This document shows, in pieces, positions 39,614 to 52,576 of a stretch of 64,000 nt of DNA. Under the pieces are notes generated by a model. It was not told the DNA's origin. It saw nothing but the letters and a program-made list of their open reading frames with translations, and made no database searches. The position numbers and the translations under genes are program-made. Numbering within the stretch: the stretch's first letter is position 1; the number at the start of each line of letters is the position of its first letter. The DNA comes from Eledone cirrhosa (Eukaryota): NCBI GenBank assembly GCA_964016885.1, contig OZ024741.1:178498001-178562000 (forward strand). The letters run 5' to 3'.

Positions 39614-39800
39614 GACTTGGCAGTATCGGTAGAGGGTCGGGCGCCATGCTTTGACGTATAGAGGTACGGCCCTTGCCATTCTGAGTTCAAATCCCGCCGA
39701 GGTTAACTTTGCCTTTCATCCTTACGGGGTCGATAAAATAAAGTACCAGTAATGTACTGGGTAATTTTTGGCCTTGTGCCAAAAAGTAGAAACAAGTATT
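39614..39800 (+). mobile_element. SINE, near full length
   Basis: Consensus match. Confidence 0.9.
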
Positions 39801-40905
39801 ATTAAAAGACTTGAACATCTGAAACTACTTCGCTTTTCCTTATTCGATAATTACTCCGTCACTCCTGTGTGGAATAAGTACGTTGAATGCTTGAATTGAA
39901 TTGCATCAATATTTACCCTAAGTATATATATAAATATATATATATATATGTGTATAGATATTTATACATATTTATGTATATCTATATAATTTTAATTTTA
40001 ATTTTTTAATTTTTTAATTCTTTATTTTTCCAATGACACCCTCTAAAGCTATTTTTTAAACGTAGATTAATAACCATTAACTGATTTTAGGAAAATGTAT
40101 CCTATTCAAGACGATGTTTAAACATTTATATTTCTTTCGACTAAATAATGAATTAATCTCACACTAACACTTAAAAACATTTAACGATTAACAAATAAAA
40201 TTGATGTTATCTTTCCTTTCTCAATCATATAAACTTATTATACCTAACTCCGTTAATTTAATTTAAAACATTCTCAATGCCGAACAAGTTACCCAAATAT
40301 ATAAATTCATAATTTTAACTACCTATTTATTTACATAAAATACAAAATCAACGTCCCTCGCAATTCATTTTAAAAACAACCACCTAAAAATTGAACTATT
40401 TATATATTTATTTATCTACATAAAACACAAAATCAACACCCCTCGTAACTCTTATTATACACAACTAATAATTGCAAATTATGTTTTTAATAAAAATACA
40501 TATGCTATTATTAAAATATATATAGATATTTATATATTTAACCCACTACAATATTATAATAAGATAAGTACTTACAAATATAATTCTCCATATAAAAATT
40601 TATTTCCCCCAAATTAACGTATATAAGTGGTCTTCTTTTCCTTTTTTCCATTTCCTTCCTCTTCTTTTTCTTTTTTCCTTTTTTCTTTTTTCCTTCTCTC
40701 TCTCTCTTACTAATATATCTAAACTTTCCATAGCGTTTAAAATAACGGTTTTTTCAATAATATAACTCAACCTTATTTATATATTCATTTGAATACTCAT
40801 CCATAAGTTTCAAACATCCGTTCTTCAATATCACTACTCAAGGAAAATTTAACTGATAATGTATATTTCCCTTGGCTATGTCAAAATTTGTAAAACACTC
40901 TTTGT

Positions 40906-40965
40906 ATTTTATCTGATGAAAGCGTACCAAAGTTTTTGGTACCCTTGAAATATATATAATAGAAT
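40906..40965 (+). ncRNA. Minimal type I hammerhead ribozyme (PLE pLTR type)
   Basis: ATTTTAT-CTGATGA-AAGCGTACCAAA..TTTGGTACCCTT-GAAA-T-ATAT-A-TA/ATAGAAT: canonical core, 7-bp stem I, long stem II, palindromic loop III; predicted cut after 40958; AATAAA follows. Confidence 0.8.
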
Positions 40966-41034
40966 AAATATGGTTTTATAAATATAGTTTCCATTTATTT
41001 AACATCATTGTATATATATATGTGTGTGTATACA

Positions 41035-41291
41035 TAGTGTATTTTTCAATACACTGTATGCTTAATTAAAAGCATTTCGAAGACCTTATGCTATTGTTTT
41101 AGAGTAGTGACAGTCTCACTAACTTTAATTTTCAGCAAACTCCCTGTTTGATGAAAATTAAGTAAGTGAAACTGTCACTACTCTAAAACAATAGCATAAG
41201 GTCTTCGAAATGCTTTTAATTAAGTATACAGGGTATTGCAAAATACACTATATATACATTCTTATATATATAGCTATTTCAGAGCACCAAT

Positions 41292-41340
<49 letters not shown>

Positions 41341-41401
41341 TTGGTGCTCTGAAATAGGTATATATATATATGAATGTATATATAGTGTATTTTACAATAC
41401 A

Positions 41402-41406
<5 letters not shown>
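41035..41406. mobile_element. Rearranged palindromic copy of the 320-bp HHR repeat family, ribozyme core missing
   Basis: Matches 51860-52015 and 52240-52392; inverted arms 41035-41140 and 41145-41250 meet at ttcagcaaac-tccc-tgtttgatgaa. Confidence 0.85.
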
Positions 41407-41446
<40 letters not shown>

Positions 41447-41454
<8 letters not shown>

Positions 41455-43436
41455 TAACAGATTAAAGTTTAAGCAAAGAATCGCTGCTTTCACCCTTAAC
41501 GGGATCTTCTGAAACTAACAAAGTCAATCTGTAAACGCAGAACTGGATATTTCAAAAAACGTTGCAACCGGAGGAAGACAGGAAGACGATACTTTGGTTC
41601 ATGGTGACGTTTGCTGGCAAAGAACGGGAAAAAACGAATATAATACGTCATTAATAGGAGCGGTGAAAAACAATTACGCGCAAAGACAGAACCACGTTTA
41701 TGGTATAATAGAGGTCGTAGACTAATGTTCTCTTAGGTGGTGCATAGAGACGTTCTCTGGCGATGAACGAAAAAAACGAAGATAATACGTCATATGTGGA
41801 GCGTGGAGAACAATAGCACGCAAAAACAAAACCACGTAAATGGTATAGCAGAAGTCGTAGACTAAAATTCTAACTAGGAGACCGAATGAATCTCCGCTTC
41901 AGAGTTAAGAACAAAGTAAATAAATACAATACAGAAGTAATAGAAATAAATAAATACATACACGCAAACAAATACGTACATACACAAGCATACACAAAAC
42001 ACTTACCATAGGTATACAAAACCACGCACATATAAATAGGTGTGTATGTATGCGTGTATACAAATAAATAAAAATTAAATAAACGTATATAAATAAATAA
42101 ATACGTATATAACAAGCGCACACACATACCTACATGTAAATACACGAATGTTCGGAGACGTAAGTCAACCAAAACATGAAATACACATATACACACGCCC
42201 TACATACGTACGAACCTGCATACTCACACAGACGCAAAACTCCCGTATACATATAGCCGAACCATATGTACCAGAATATATAAAAAAATTATACGCCATA
42301 ACAATCAAATATACGTTCAAGAAGGTATACGTACCTTCACAAAATATACGGATAATATATACTTACCTATGCAAATAAGTAAAGGTATAAACAAAACATA
42401 TACTTAGCTCCCACATCGAGACGTAAAATATCCACGTATAGATCGTACTATCCGTTAGGGTATAACGTGGGGCTGTAATACAGGAAAGTTTTGTGCAATT
42501 TATGTTTACAAGCCGAAATTGCCTAAGATTTTTTGTTTAAGATGTGGTCTGTGGCGTAGAGTATTTCAAGGGTCTCAGCAGCGCAGAGGTCACATGGTCT
42601 TTTATTTCCGTTATACGATCTAGCCCTCGCTAGGATCTCCCAGTGTAACTTATATTGGGTGTGGTTGTCTTTTAGACTCCAGATATAAGCTGAAAGTGAC
42701 GTTATATTCCTTCTTAGAGGGTAACGAAAAGAATGGGTATGCATGTCAAGACGCTGCTTGAATCTATTGGCGGTTAACCCTATGTAGACCCTACGGGACG
42801 TGGGTGTTACAACCTTACATTTGTAGACAATGTTACTAGAGAGGCATTTCCCGGATAGGGGGCAATCAACCCGATTCCTACAATTACAGTTAGTACTAAC
42901 TACAGGGTTGCACGTGTTCCTACGGCTAGGTAGTTTAGCTAAATTTGAAGCTGTGATGTTATGTGCAAGGTTAGGAGTCCTAGAGTAAGAAATTTTAATA
43001 GTATTTCTATTAAAAATGTTACTATCTTTATGTGTAGGGGGAAAATGCTTCGTAATAAGGGAAAGAAAGATCTTAGCTAATGGTGTGGCCACCTCCATAT
43101 TATATGGTGGGTTATACCAACAAATGCGACGGGATCTATTTCTTCTAGGTCTATTTTCGTACTCTGTATATGCTACCTTATCGACAAATCCACTTCGAGC
43201 AAGAGCTTTATTGTAATATGTGGAATGGTCGTTGAAAATACGCTCGTTGGTGGAAAGACGGGAAAGCCTCAACGAAACGTTTCTTACCAGGTTCTTGGTT
43301 ATGCTGGCAGGATGGTTGCAACGTTTTTTGAAATATCCAGTTCTGCGTTTACAGATTGACTTTGTTAGTTTCAGAAGATCCCGTTAAGGGTGAAAGCAGC
43401 GATTCTTTGCTTAAACTTTAATCTGTTATTTTAATA
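41447..43436 (-). mobile_element. 5'-truncated Naiad-type Penelope-like element with inverted terminal copy
   Basis: ORF 42523-43320: NHP thumb motif, WYNPPY, IFNRNTIKISYS, CNCRNRVDCPLSGKCL, IVY..VYIGLT..FKQR, CDLCAAE; premature TAG before CKH; 41447-41569 and 43314-43436 are inverted repeats. Confidence 0.9.
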
Positions 43437-43553
43437 AATATTTGCTCTACGGTTCTTATATATTTGATATATATTTATCCTTATCGAGCCCTCTTTGGAT
43501 TTTAGTCTTCAAATTTATTATTGTTTCTCTCTCTCTATATATATATATATATA

Positions 43554-43771
<218 letters not shown>

Positions 43772-43811
43772 TGTATTGCAAAATACACTATATATACACT
43801 CATATATATAT

Positions 43812-44024
43812 AACGGAGGAAATGTGGTAAGGAACCAGGTGGACCATAACGCACCAATGTACTCAATACTTAGGGTAGTAGAGTGGGTAATAGGAACGAG
43901 TAGGACCCCGACGGCTGAGTTCAAGCCGTTTCGACGGTTAATTCTGGACTAAAAAATATTCATTTTTTAGTCCAGAACTAGCCGTCGAAACGGCTTGAGC
44001 TCAGCCGTCGGGGTCCTACTCGTT

Positions 44025-44028
<4 letters not shown>
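43812..44028. repeat. Fold-back copy of the 2916-3075 element
   Basis: Near-perfect inverted arms 43890-43957 and 43962-44028. Confidence 0.88.
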
Positions 44029-45587
<1,559 letters not shown>

Positions 45588-46003
45588 AGGCCCCAAGGTA
45601 GGGAAGATCTCTAAATTACGGAAAGGGGATTGCAACAGAGAAGAACTGAAATCCCTTCAACGCTGGGAAAAAAGTGCCGCTTGGTTCCTAAACTATGAAT
45701 CGACTTTTCAAACGGAATACACCTAAAATAACCCGTTCATAAAAATAGGAAAACCCATAACCGAACTGCAAAACAACTTCGCAAACCCCCCAGCCACTAA
45801 CAAAAGAAGAAAAAACTTAAAACCAAAACTGAATACTAACCAATACTTATTCCTAATTAAACCATTTTTCACTGGGAACAATTTGTCAGCATTTTCTTTT
45901 TCTTTTACCAATATATCATAACTCGTGTGTTACACCTCTATTCTTTTAAATACATATATATATATATATATAGAAATATACACATAAATATTATTCTATT
46001 AAG

Positions 46004-46200
46004 AGGGCAGTGTGGATTGGCAGTATCGGTAGAAGGTTGGACACCATGTTTTCCAGCGTAGTTACGATCCTTTATGTTCTGAGTTCAAATCCCGCTGCAG
46101 TTAACTTTCCCTTTCATCCTTAGGAGGTCGATAAAATAAAGTACCAATAATGCACTGGTGTAATTGCTGGCCTTGTGCCAAAAGTAGAAACAGTTATTAT
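46004..46200 (+). mobile_element. SINE, full length
   Basis: Consensus match. Confidence 0.9.
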
Positions 46201-46227
46201 TATGTTTTTTTTTTATTGCTGTTATTA

Positions 46228-48420
46228 TTGGTGAATTTCGTAGGAAAACTTGTTACCGTGAGCTCGTAAAGTTTTGTTGTTTTATGTTGTTTTGAATTGC
46301 CAGTTATGGAACGTTTTTGTTGTTAACTGTTGATAAGTTCATTATATACTGCTTTCTAAAAAAGACACTCAATAATATGGGGGCTTTGACCCCAAATTTA
46401 AAATTTATTTTATCAAACAAACAATTATTTTTGTAAGAAAAATCCTGGACGTATACGCCTCCCCAAACTAAACCAGCTGTCACGTGACAGCAACTCTAAC
46501 ATCGACACTACTCCCACCACCACCATTATGAACATTGCTACAATTGCCAATACGGGTAACGTTTTCGTTAACAGCAGCAACAGCAGCAATGGCAGTCAGC
46601 AAAGTTTTCCCCGTGCAGACGTAGACTTTCCACATTTGCCAATGTCTACCGATGTTAAAGCCGCTATCTCCGTCGCCACAATGTCGAGGAGTACATCCTC
46701 CAACACTACTGATACCACCAGCACCACCACTACAGCAACAACTGAAACAAAAAATGATCTCGTGATAACAAAATGGATTCTCCCACATGTCGACAGTCAC
46801 GTCTAACGCCACTGACACCACTACCACAGCAACAACTGAAATAAAAATTAATAATAACAAAAATAACAATAACCAGAGCAACAACAACAGCAACAATAAG
46901 AATAACAACAATAACAATACCAACACCAGCGCAAAACCAAATGTGTCATTTGCGAAAGCGGCGAAAGAACGAAATTATTGAGGTAAGCCAGGAACAACTG
47001 AATGAGACCAGGCGAATGGTGAAAAAAAATGGTTACAGGTTTGACCTCCATCACTCCTCCATTAAATACCATGCAACATCGGTGGCTATGTACGGTATCA
47101 TACCGTACAATTAGCATAAAAACACGGCGAGTGTAGCAGTCATCCGAGTTCCAGATCCAAAAGGCTTTGGGACATGTGTGGGCTCAGAAACCCCACATCA
47201 TACGTGGACAAAGATATGGGACCGTAGATGTTTTCAGTGGAACCTCACAGGAATCCAGAGAGTACTCCATAGCTCCACTAAAGAGTGATGAGTTGACACT
47301 AGTCCCAACTTACTGCGGTCAAAGGCTTGTGAGAGTGAGGGTAAGGTTCCGCCGGCCATACAAATTCCCTGGCTGATAGCTGCCGTCCTCGCCGACATCG
47401 AGGACAACACAAAGGTCATCGAGGTGATAAGAATAAAACAGAAGAACTAGTCCGGATATGGAATGGAACTCCTGATCCAGGTGGACTAGAAAAAACATCC
47501 ATGAGATTCCAGAGGTGATAGATCTCGATGACTGTAATCATTGAAGGTAGAAGGCCAACGTACGTCATGTGTGGCGCTGAAACCCACCTAAAGGCCTTCT
47601 ACCCTCAGGAGATGGCTGAAAAATTAAGGCCACCTCTCCTACTTACCCCACTGGCTAAACTACAAAAAACAACTAGAGAAATGGCTGCAACAACTGTAGC
47701 AGCAAAGATATCAAGACCACCATCACCGCCGCCCACCAATCCCACCGCTACAGAAGTAGCACTAGCGCCACCACCACCCACAACGCCACAACCAACACCA
47801 ACGCCTGTGGGGGACATTCCACTCCCCGACCTTTTACAACTGGAGACGGATTGTGGCGAGAAGGATGGTTGGAAAACTGTATCTGTAAAAAAAAGAAACC
47901 AGAAAAGAAAGAATCCTCTTCCTTCGCCCTCCAAAAAAATAGAGTGTGAAACAAACAAAAAAAGAACAAGAAAGTTATGACAGCTACACCACCACCCATA
48001 GCAGCATTACCGGTCCCATCTCCACAAACTCCAACACCATCACCATCATCAACCCCAGCACCACCATCACCAACACCACAAAATACACCAACAAGCGAAA
48101 CAGAAACAAACCCACACGCACAACCACAACGAACGCAAACATAACGATCCGGTCTTTGGAGGACCACGACATGTTACTCGAACTGGGGCAAATGTGTGCA
48201 GCTATTCAGCGGCACTTCGCTCAGATGTTCGCGGGGCAGTGGTGGGTCGGATCGCAGGATGGACTTTAGCGCTTACCCCGATGGTCTGCCGTGGCTCTCG
48301 AACACTGAGGCGTAGTGTTGTAAAAAGCCGATAACAGCCTCTGAGGAACGGGTAGCAATGACTGACTGCACGATGGGTAACTCGCCTTTTTGGATGGTCT
48401 ACCCTTCGTACACATGCCAT
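46228..48420 (+). mobile_element. Tx1/L1-clade LINE 5' part (ORF1) joined to a mid-ORF2 piece
   Basis: ORF1 homologous to 29800-31200 (VDFPHLP, FAKAAK, GHVWAQK..RGQRYGTV); jumps at about 48143 to TIRSLEDHD..FAQMF of ORF2; no 3' end. Confidence 0.88.
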
Positions 48421-49419
48421 ACATCCTTGCTTTTTTAAATTACATAAACAATACAATTGATAGGAAAATGATTTCAACTAGATATCAAAACCGGCTTATC
48501 GACTGGAATGCTATAAAATACACATCCATTTTGGCTCTTTGTAGGGTGAGCTAACAAGGATCACTCGATTCTGAATGTTAAATCCTCTCGATAAGTTACA
48601 AATCTGCCAGGTTTAAACGGCACAAAAATGTTGATATGATAATGTCAAAACTTCACTAAATTAGGGAAAAAATGACAATCCTGAATTTGAAAATTAGTCT
48701 CTGTTTCAGCTGGTGTAAACTTTATGCTTTATTCTATGTGGTGCATCACCTTCAACTGATATTATTGGTTTCAGTTGAAAATATCCAGTCGGCTAAAAAG
48801 ATTTAAGTGAAGACTATGTTAAGAACCTCTCATATGTTTGCAAAGACATGTGTAAACTGACATATCAACAAAGGATTAACCATAAAATCCTTAATCTTTC
48901 TCCGAATAGAAATAGAAAATTTAATATTCAAATGAAAATGATATTTTTACGAATTACATGACACTCATAAGATGATAGTAGAATAAAAAACAATATATAT
49001 TCACTGATTTATTTATTTGTTTGTTTTTATTTTATTTTTGTATTTGGTAGAAATCCGTTTATTTTCAGGAAGTGAATCAGTCATTTCATCCGATCCCAGT
49101 ATATTAACGCTAGTTTAACGACCTCCAAAGATAATAAATACAAACTGAACCCTTGTCATAATTGAATGATAGATGTAAAATGAATGCAACGCTTTCGGAG
49201 ATTTTATGTTCAAAATTGAAATACATTAAAATTAGTTTCCCCTTTTCTATTATATGCTTATTGAAGCCATTTTAGAAAAAGCTACGACATTATTGTTATT
49301 CGGCTTTACTCTTTGCAACTTAGATGAAGTGTGTCCCACACCATACCTATTTGTGGGCATGTGCTTCTGAGTCAATATCCTGATTACTGTTGCAGAATGG
49401 ACGCAGTATGGCCAAATAA

Positions 49420-49700
49420 TTAGGTATTGGGTTCAATCCCACTGCGTGGGATTATGGGTAATAGCCATTTACCATAGCCTCGTGTCAACCCACGCCTTCT
49501 GAATGAAATTGGGTAGACGAAACTGGAAGCCAGTAAGATAGACTGTATCTGTAATTCATTGTGCTAGCCTTAGCATACTGAATCTCACTGAAAAGTACGT
49601 CTTGTGAACAGCTGTCTAGGAAATTGTCTATCACACGTTGGTTCTATGAACAGACAGTTCAGTTGATTGAACAAATGGAACACCTATCTTCAAACCCGAC
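49420..49700 (+). mobile_element. Old SINE (second family, CORE-like)
   Basis: gggttcaatcccactgcgtgg..ccatagcctcg.gtcaacc..gggtagacg.aactggaagc shared with 33030-33360. Confidence 0.6.
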
Positions 49701-50095
49701 AAACGTTAATTCCAGTAATTTCTACAGAGATGCAACATATGTTAAACAGATGACTCTTAAGCCAATAATATGATACGCCATCGCCATGATTAGCCATGGG
49801 TATTTGTGGAGATTGATATATATATAAACGGAAAAAATGAAACGATATTTCATTTCCCACTCTTAGTACGGCTGTTACTTAAATATAAGTATGTACACGT
49901 ACATACATATATGTATACCGACGTACAGTAGTATGTATATATATATATATACATACATGCACGCATATATATATGCACGTATGGATTCACCGAACATTTA
50001 TTATAATGCTCGGTGTGTTTGTAAACAAACATCCCGTATTAAGCCGTAGTGTCTAGCAACCACCGTTGCTCGTTTGTTCAACACTGACAAAGGAA

Positions 50096-50136
50096 CGCTG
50101 TACTAGTTTCAAGCTTGTTAGCTATCGTCAGCAGCG
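50096..50136 (-). ncRNA. Minimal type I hammerhead ribozyme
   Basis: CGCTG-CTGACGA-TAGCT-AACA-AGCTT-GAAA-CTAG-TA/CAGCG: perfect stem I, canonical core, palindromic ACTAGT in the stem III position. Confidence 0.75.
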
Positions 50137-51707
50137 TATACCTTCCTGCCAGATTGTTGAACGTATATACTTACCTTATGCATATTAACGGCTGAGTAGC
50201 CCAATTTGCATATCGAGTGGGTTAATCGGCCGGGTGCACCGAAAACGATAAACGGAAAAAATGAAACCGTTTTAATATTTACGTAATGGTATACATGCAT
50301 TAGAATTTCAAGTCGATTTCACGACTGATCCATTCCAGATACATTTCAAACTAAAATACTTTTCTGAAAATAAATCAATAGAAAAATGTTTACTGGTATC
50401 AGACATTAAATTTAGTTATGTGAGGCAATATTTACAGGGTTAAGGACGATTTCATCGATTCATTACTAACATTATTGATCGGTATTTATATTCATTGAAA
50501 TCGAAGGGGTGAATGAAACTGAGTTCGATCAAGATTTGACATCGGAACGTAAGCAACGTGCGAAATACTGCAAGCTATTTTGTCTAATGTTCTATAAAAT
50601 ATGTCATCCATCCGCCATAAAGTTTTTCTTCGCAGATTTCTTTCACTATAATCAGCAATGCTTGCCATCCCGTAGGGAGGTGTCAGTGTGATATTTTCTC
50701 CTTTGGCAGGAACATGATTCGTGTAAATGGAAGTAGCTACAACCAGGAATTACATTTACGTTTCCAGGAGCTTGTAGTTGCCGGCAATTGTATTGTCTGC
50801 ATGTTTGTATTGCCTTTTCTATGTAAAAACGTTTTACATGTAAATAGAAAATAGAGATATCTAATGTTCACAATAAGTATTTTGAAGGTAAATGTATTTA
50901 CTCAGAGTAAATATCGATAAACATTGAATCGAAGGATTGTGAACCACGAAACAGCTATTTGTGAAACTTAATCAGCGTGACTTTACTTGTGCAAAGAAAT
51001 CTTCAGTATTTTCTCTTACTGTATAGCTGGTTGTATCCTTTGAATAAATTGAGGATGCAATGCAGCAATAAATACTGGTTGACGCTTTTATTTTCCTTAA
51101 AATGAATTTTCTTTAAAATAGCATGTACTTCATAAGTGCCTATTTCACCTTTCTTTCACATAATACGAATTCATAATTCTAGCTCTCCAGTCTTATTTTT
51201 ATCTCTGCAACAGTGAAATTTTACGTAAGCAAATTCAACAGTAATTTGTTTGTCACTCGATACAGACAAGTAACAACGTCAACGCTATTTTGCTTCCAAT
51301 GTTATCAACATCACTGTCATGAATACCCCAACATTGTTTCTAACAATTGTAAACTTCAGTTTAATGCTAAATATATTGATGGAAGTAACGTCTGAATCAG
51401 AAATCCATTAGAAAGAAATATCCATGAATATATAATATAAATGACAATATAACATCCATTATTCCACATTTGCTGTAAAAATATTCTATTCTGTTGATTT
51501 GCCAGAAATAAATGTGGAACTATCGCTAATGTGTGTTGTCTCTTTTTGTTGTTGATTCTTTTGTCTTGTTCCAAATCTCTAGATGTTCAATCCTATGAAG
51601 TTTGCTAGTTGAATTTTTCTTACCATGTAGCCGAAGAAATACAGAGATATATGGAGGGTCAACGTTGGTTAAACTTTACTGTGTATGAAAATTAGAATTG
51701 GCGCTCA

Positions 51708-51774
51708 GACAGAGCTTTGTTTTGTACTGATTGGTACTTATCAAAGCCAAGTACTCCACCTGTTTGCTGAAAAT
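51708..51774 (-). ncRNA. Hammerhead 5' half ending at the cleavage site (G12A mutant)
   Basis: GGCT-TTGATAA-GTAC-CAATCA-GTAC-AAAA-CAAAGCTCTG-TC, then homology to stem I 3' strand stops. Confidence 0.7.
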
Positions 51775-52001
51775 CATGAATGTTTGATTCTTATAGAATT
51801 TCTAGTAATAATCAGGAACTGATTATACAGAGCGTTTGCCGGTCAAGCAGAAATTGAATATTAGAATTGGCGCTCTGAAATAGCGATATATATATATGAA
51901 TGTATATATAGTGTATTTTGCAATACACTGTATGCTTAATTAAAAACATTTCGAAGACCTTATGCTATTTTTTATAGTAGTGATAGTCTCACTTACTTTA
52001 A

Positions 52002-52096
52002 ATTTTCAGCAAACAGGGGAGATAAAGCTGACAGAGCTATGTTTCGTACTGATTGGTACTTATCAAAGCCAAGTACTCCACCTGTTTGCTGAAAAT
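52002..52096 (-). ncRNA. Extended type I hammerhead ribozyme, U3-A8 variant
   Basis: Same fold as the plus-strand copies; loop III TAGCTC; predicted cut at 52030. Confidence 0.85.
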
Positions 52097-52161
52097 CATG
52101 AATGTTTGATTCTTATAGAATTTCTAGTATAAGAATCAAATATAAGAATCAAACATTCATG

Positions 52162-52256
52162 ATTTTCAGCAAACAGGTGGAGTACTTGGCTTTGATAAGT
52201 ACCAATCAGTACGAAACATATCTCTGTCAGCTTTATCTCCCCTGTTTGCTGAAAAT
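52162..52256 (+). ncRNA. Extended type I hammerhead ribozyme, U3-A8 variant
   Basis: ATTTTCAGCAAACAGG-T-GGAG-TACTT-GGCT-TTGATAA-GTAC-CAATCA-GTAC-GAAA-CA-TATCTC-TG-TC/AGCT-TTAT-CTCC-CCTGTTTGCTGAAAAT; predicted cut after C52228. Confidence 0.85.
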
Positions 52257-52481
52257 TTAAAGTAAGTTAAACTGTCACTACTCTAAAAAATACCATAAGG
52301 TCTTCGAAATGCTTTTAATTAAGCATTCAGTGTATTGCAAAATACACTATATATACATTCATATATATATCGCTATTTCAGAGCGCCAATGCTAATTTTC
52401 AATTTCTGCTTGACCGGCAACCGCTCTGTATAATCAGTTCCTGATTATTACTAAAAATTCTATAAGAATCAAACATTGACG

Positions 52482-52576
52482 ATTTTCAGCAAACAGGTGG
52501 AGTACTTGGCTTTGATAAGTACCAATCAGTACGAAACATATCTCTGTCAGCTTTATCTCCCCTGTTTGCTGAATAT
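52482..52576 (+). ncRNA. Extended type I hammerhead ribozyme, U3-A8 variant
   Basis: Identical core 320 nt downstream; predicted cut after C52548. Confidence 0.85.

Noticed and set aside
41447-43436. DNA transposon with terminal inverted repeats
   Set aside because: The enclosed ORF is PLE RT-thumb/GIY-YIG, not a transposase; the inverted ends fit PLE structure.
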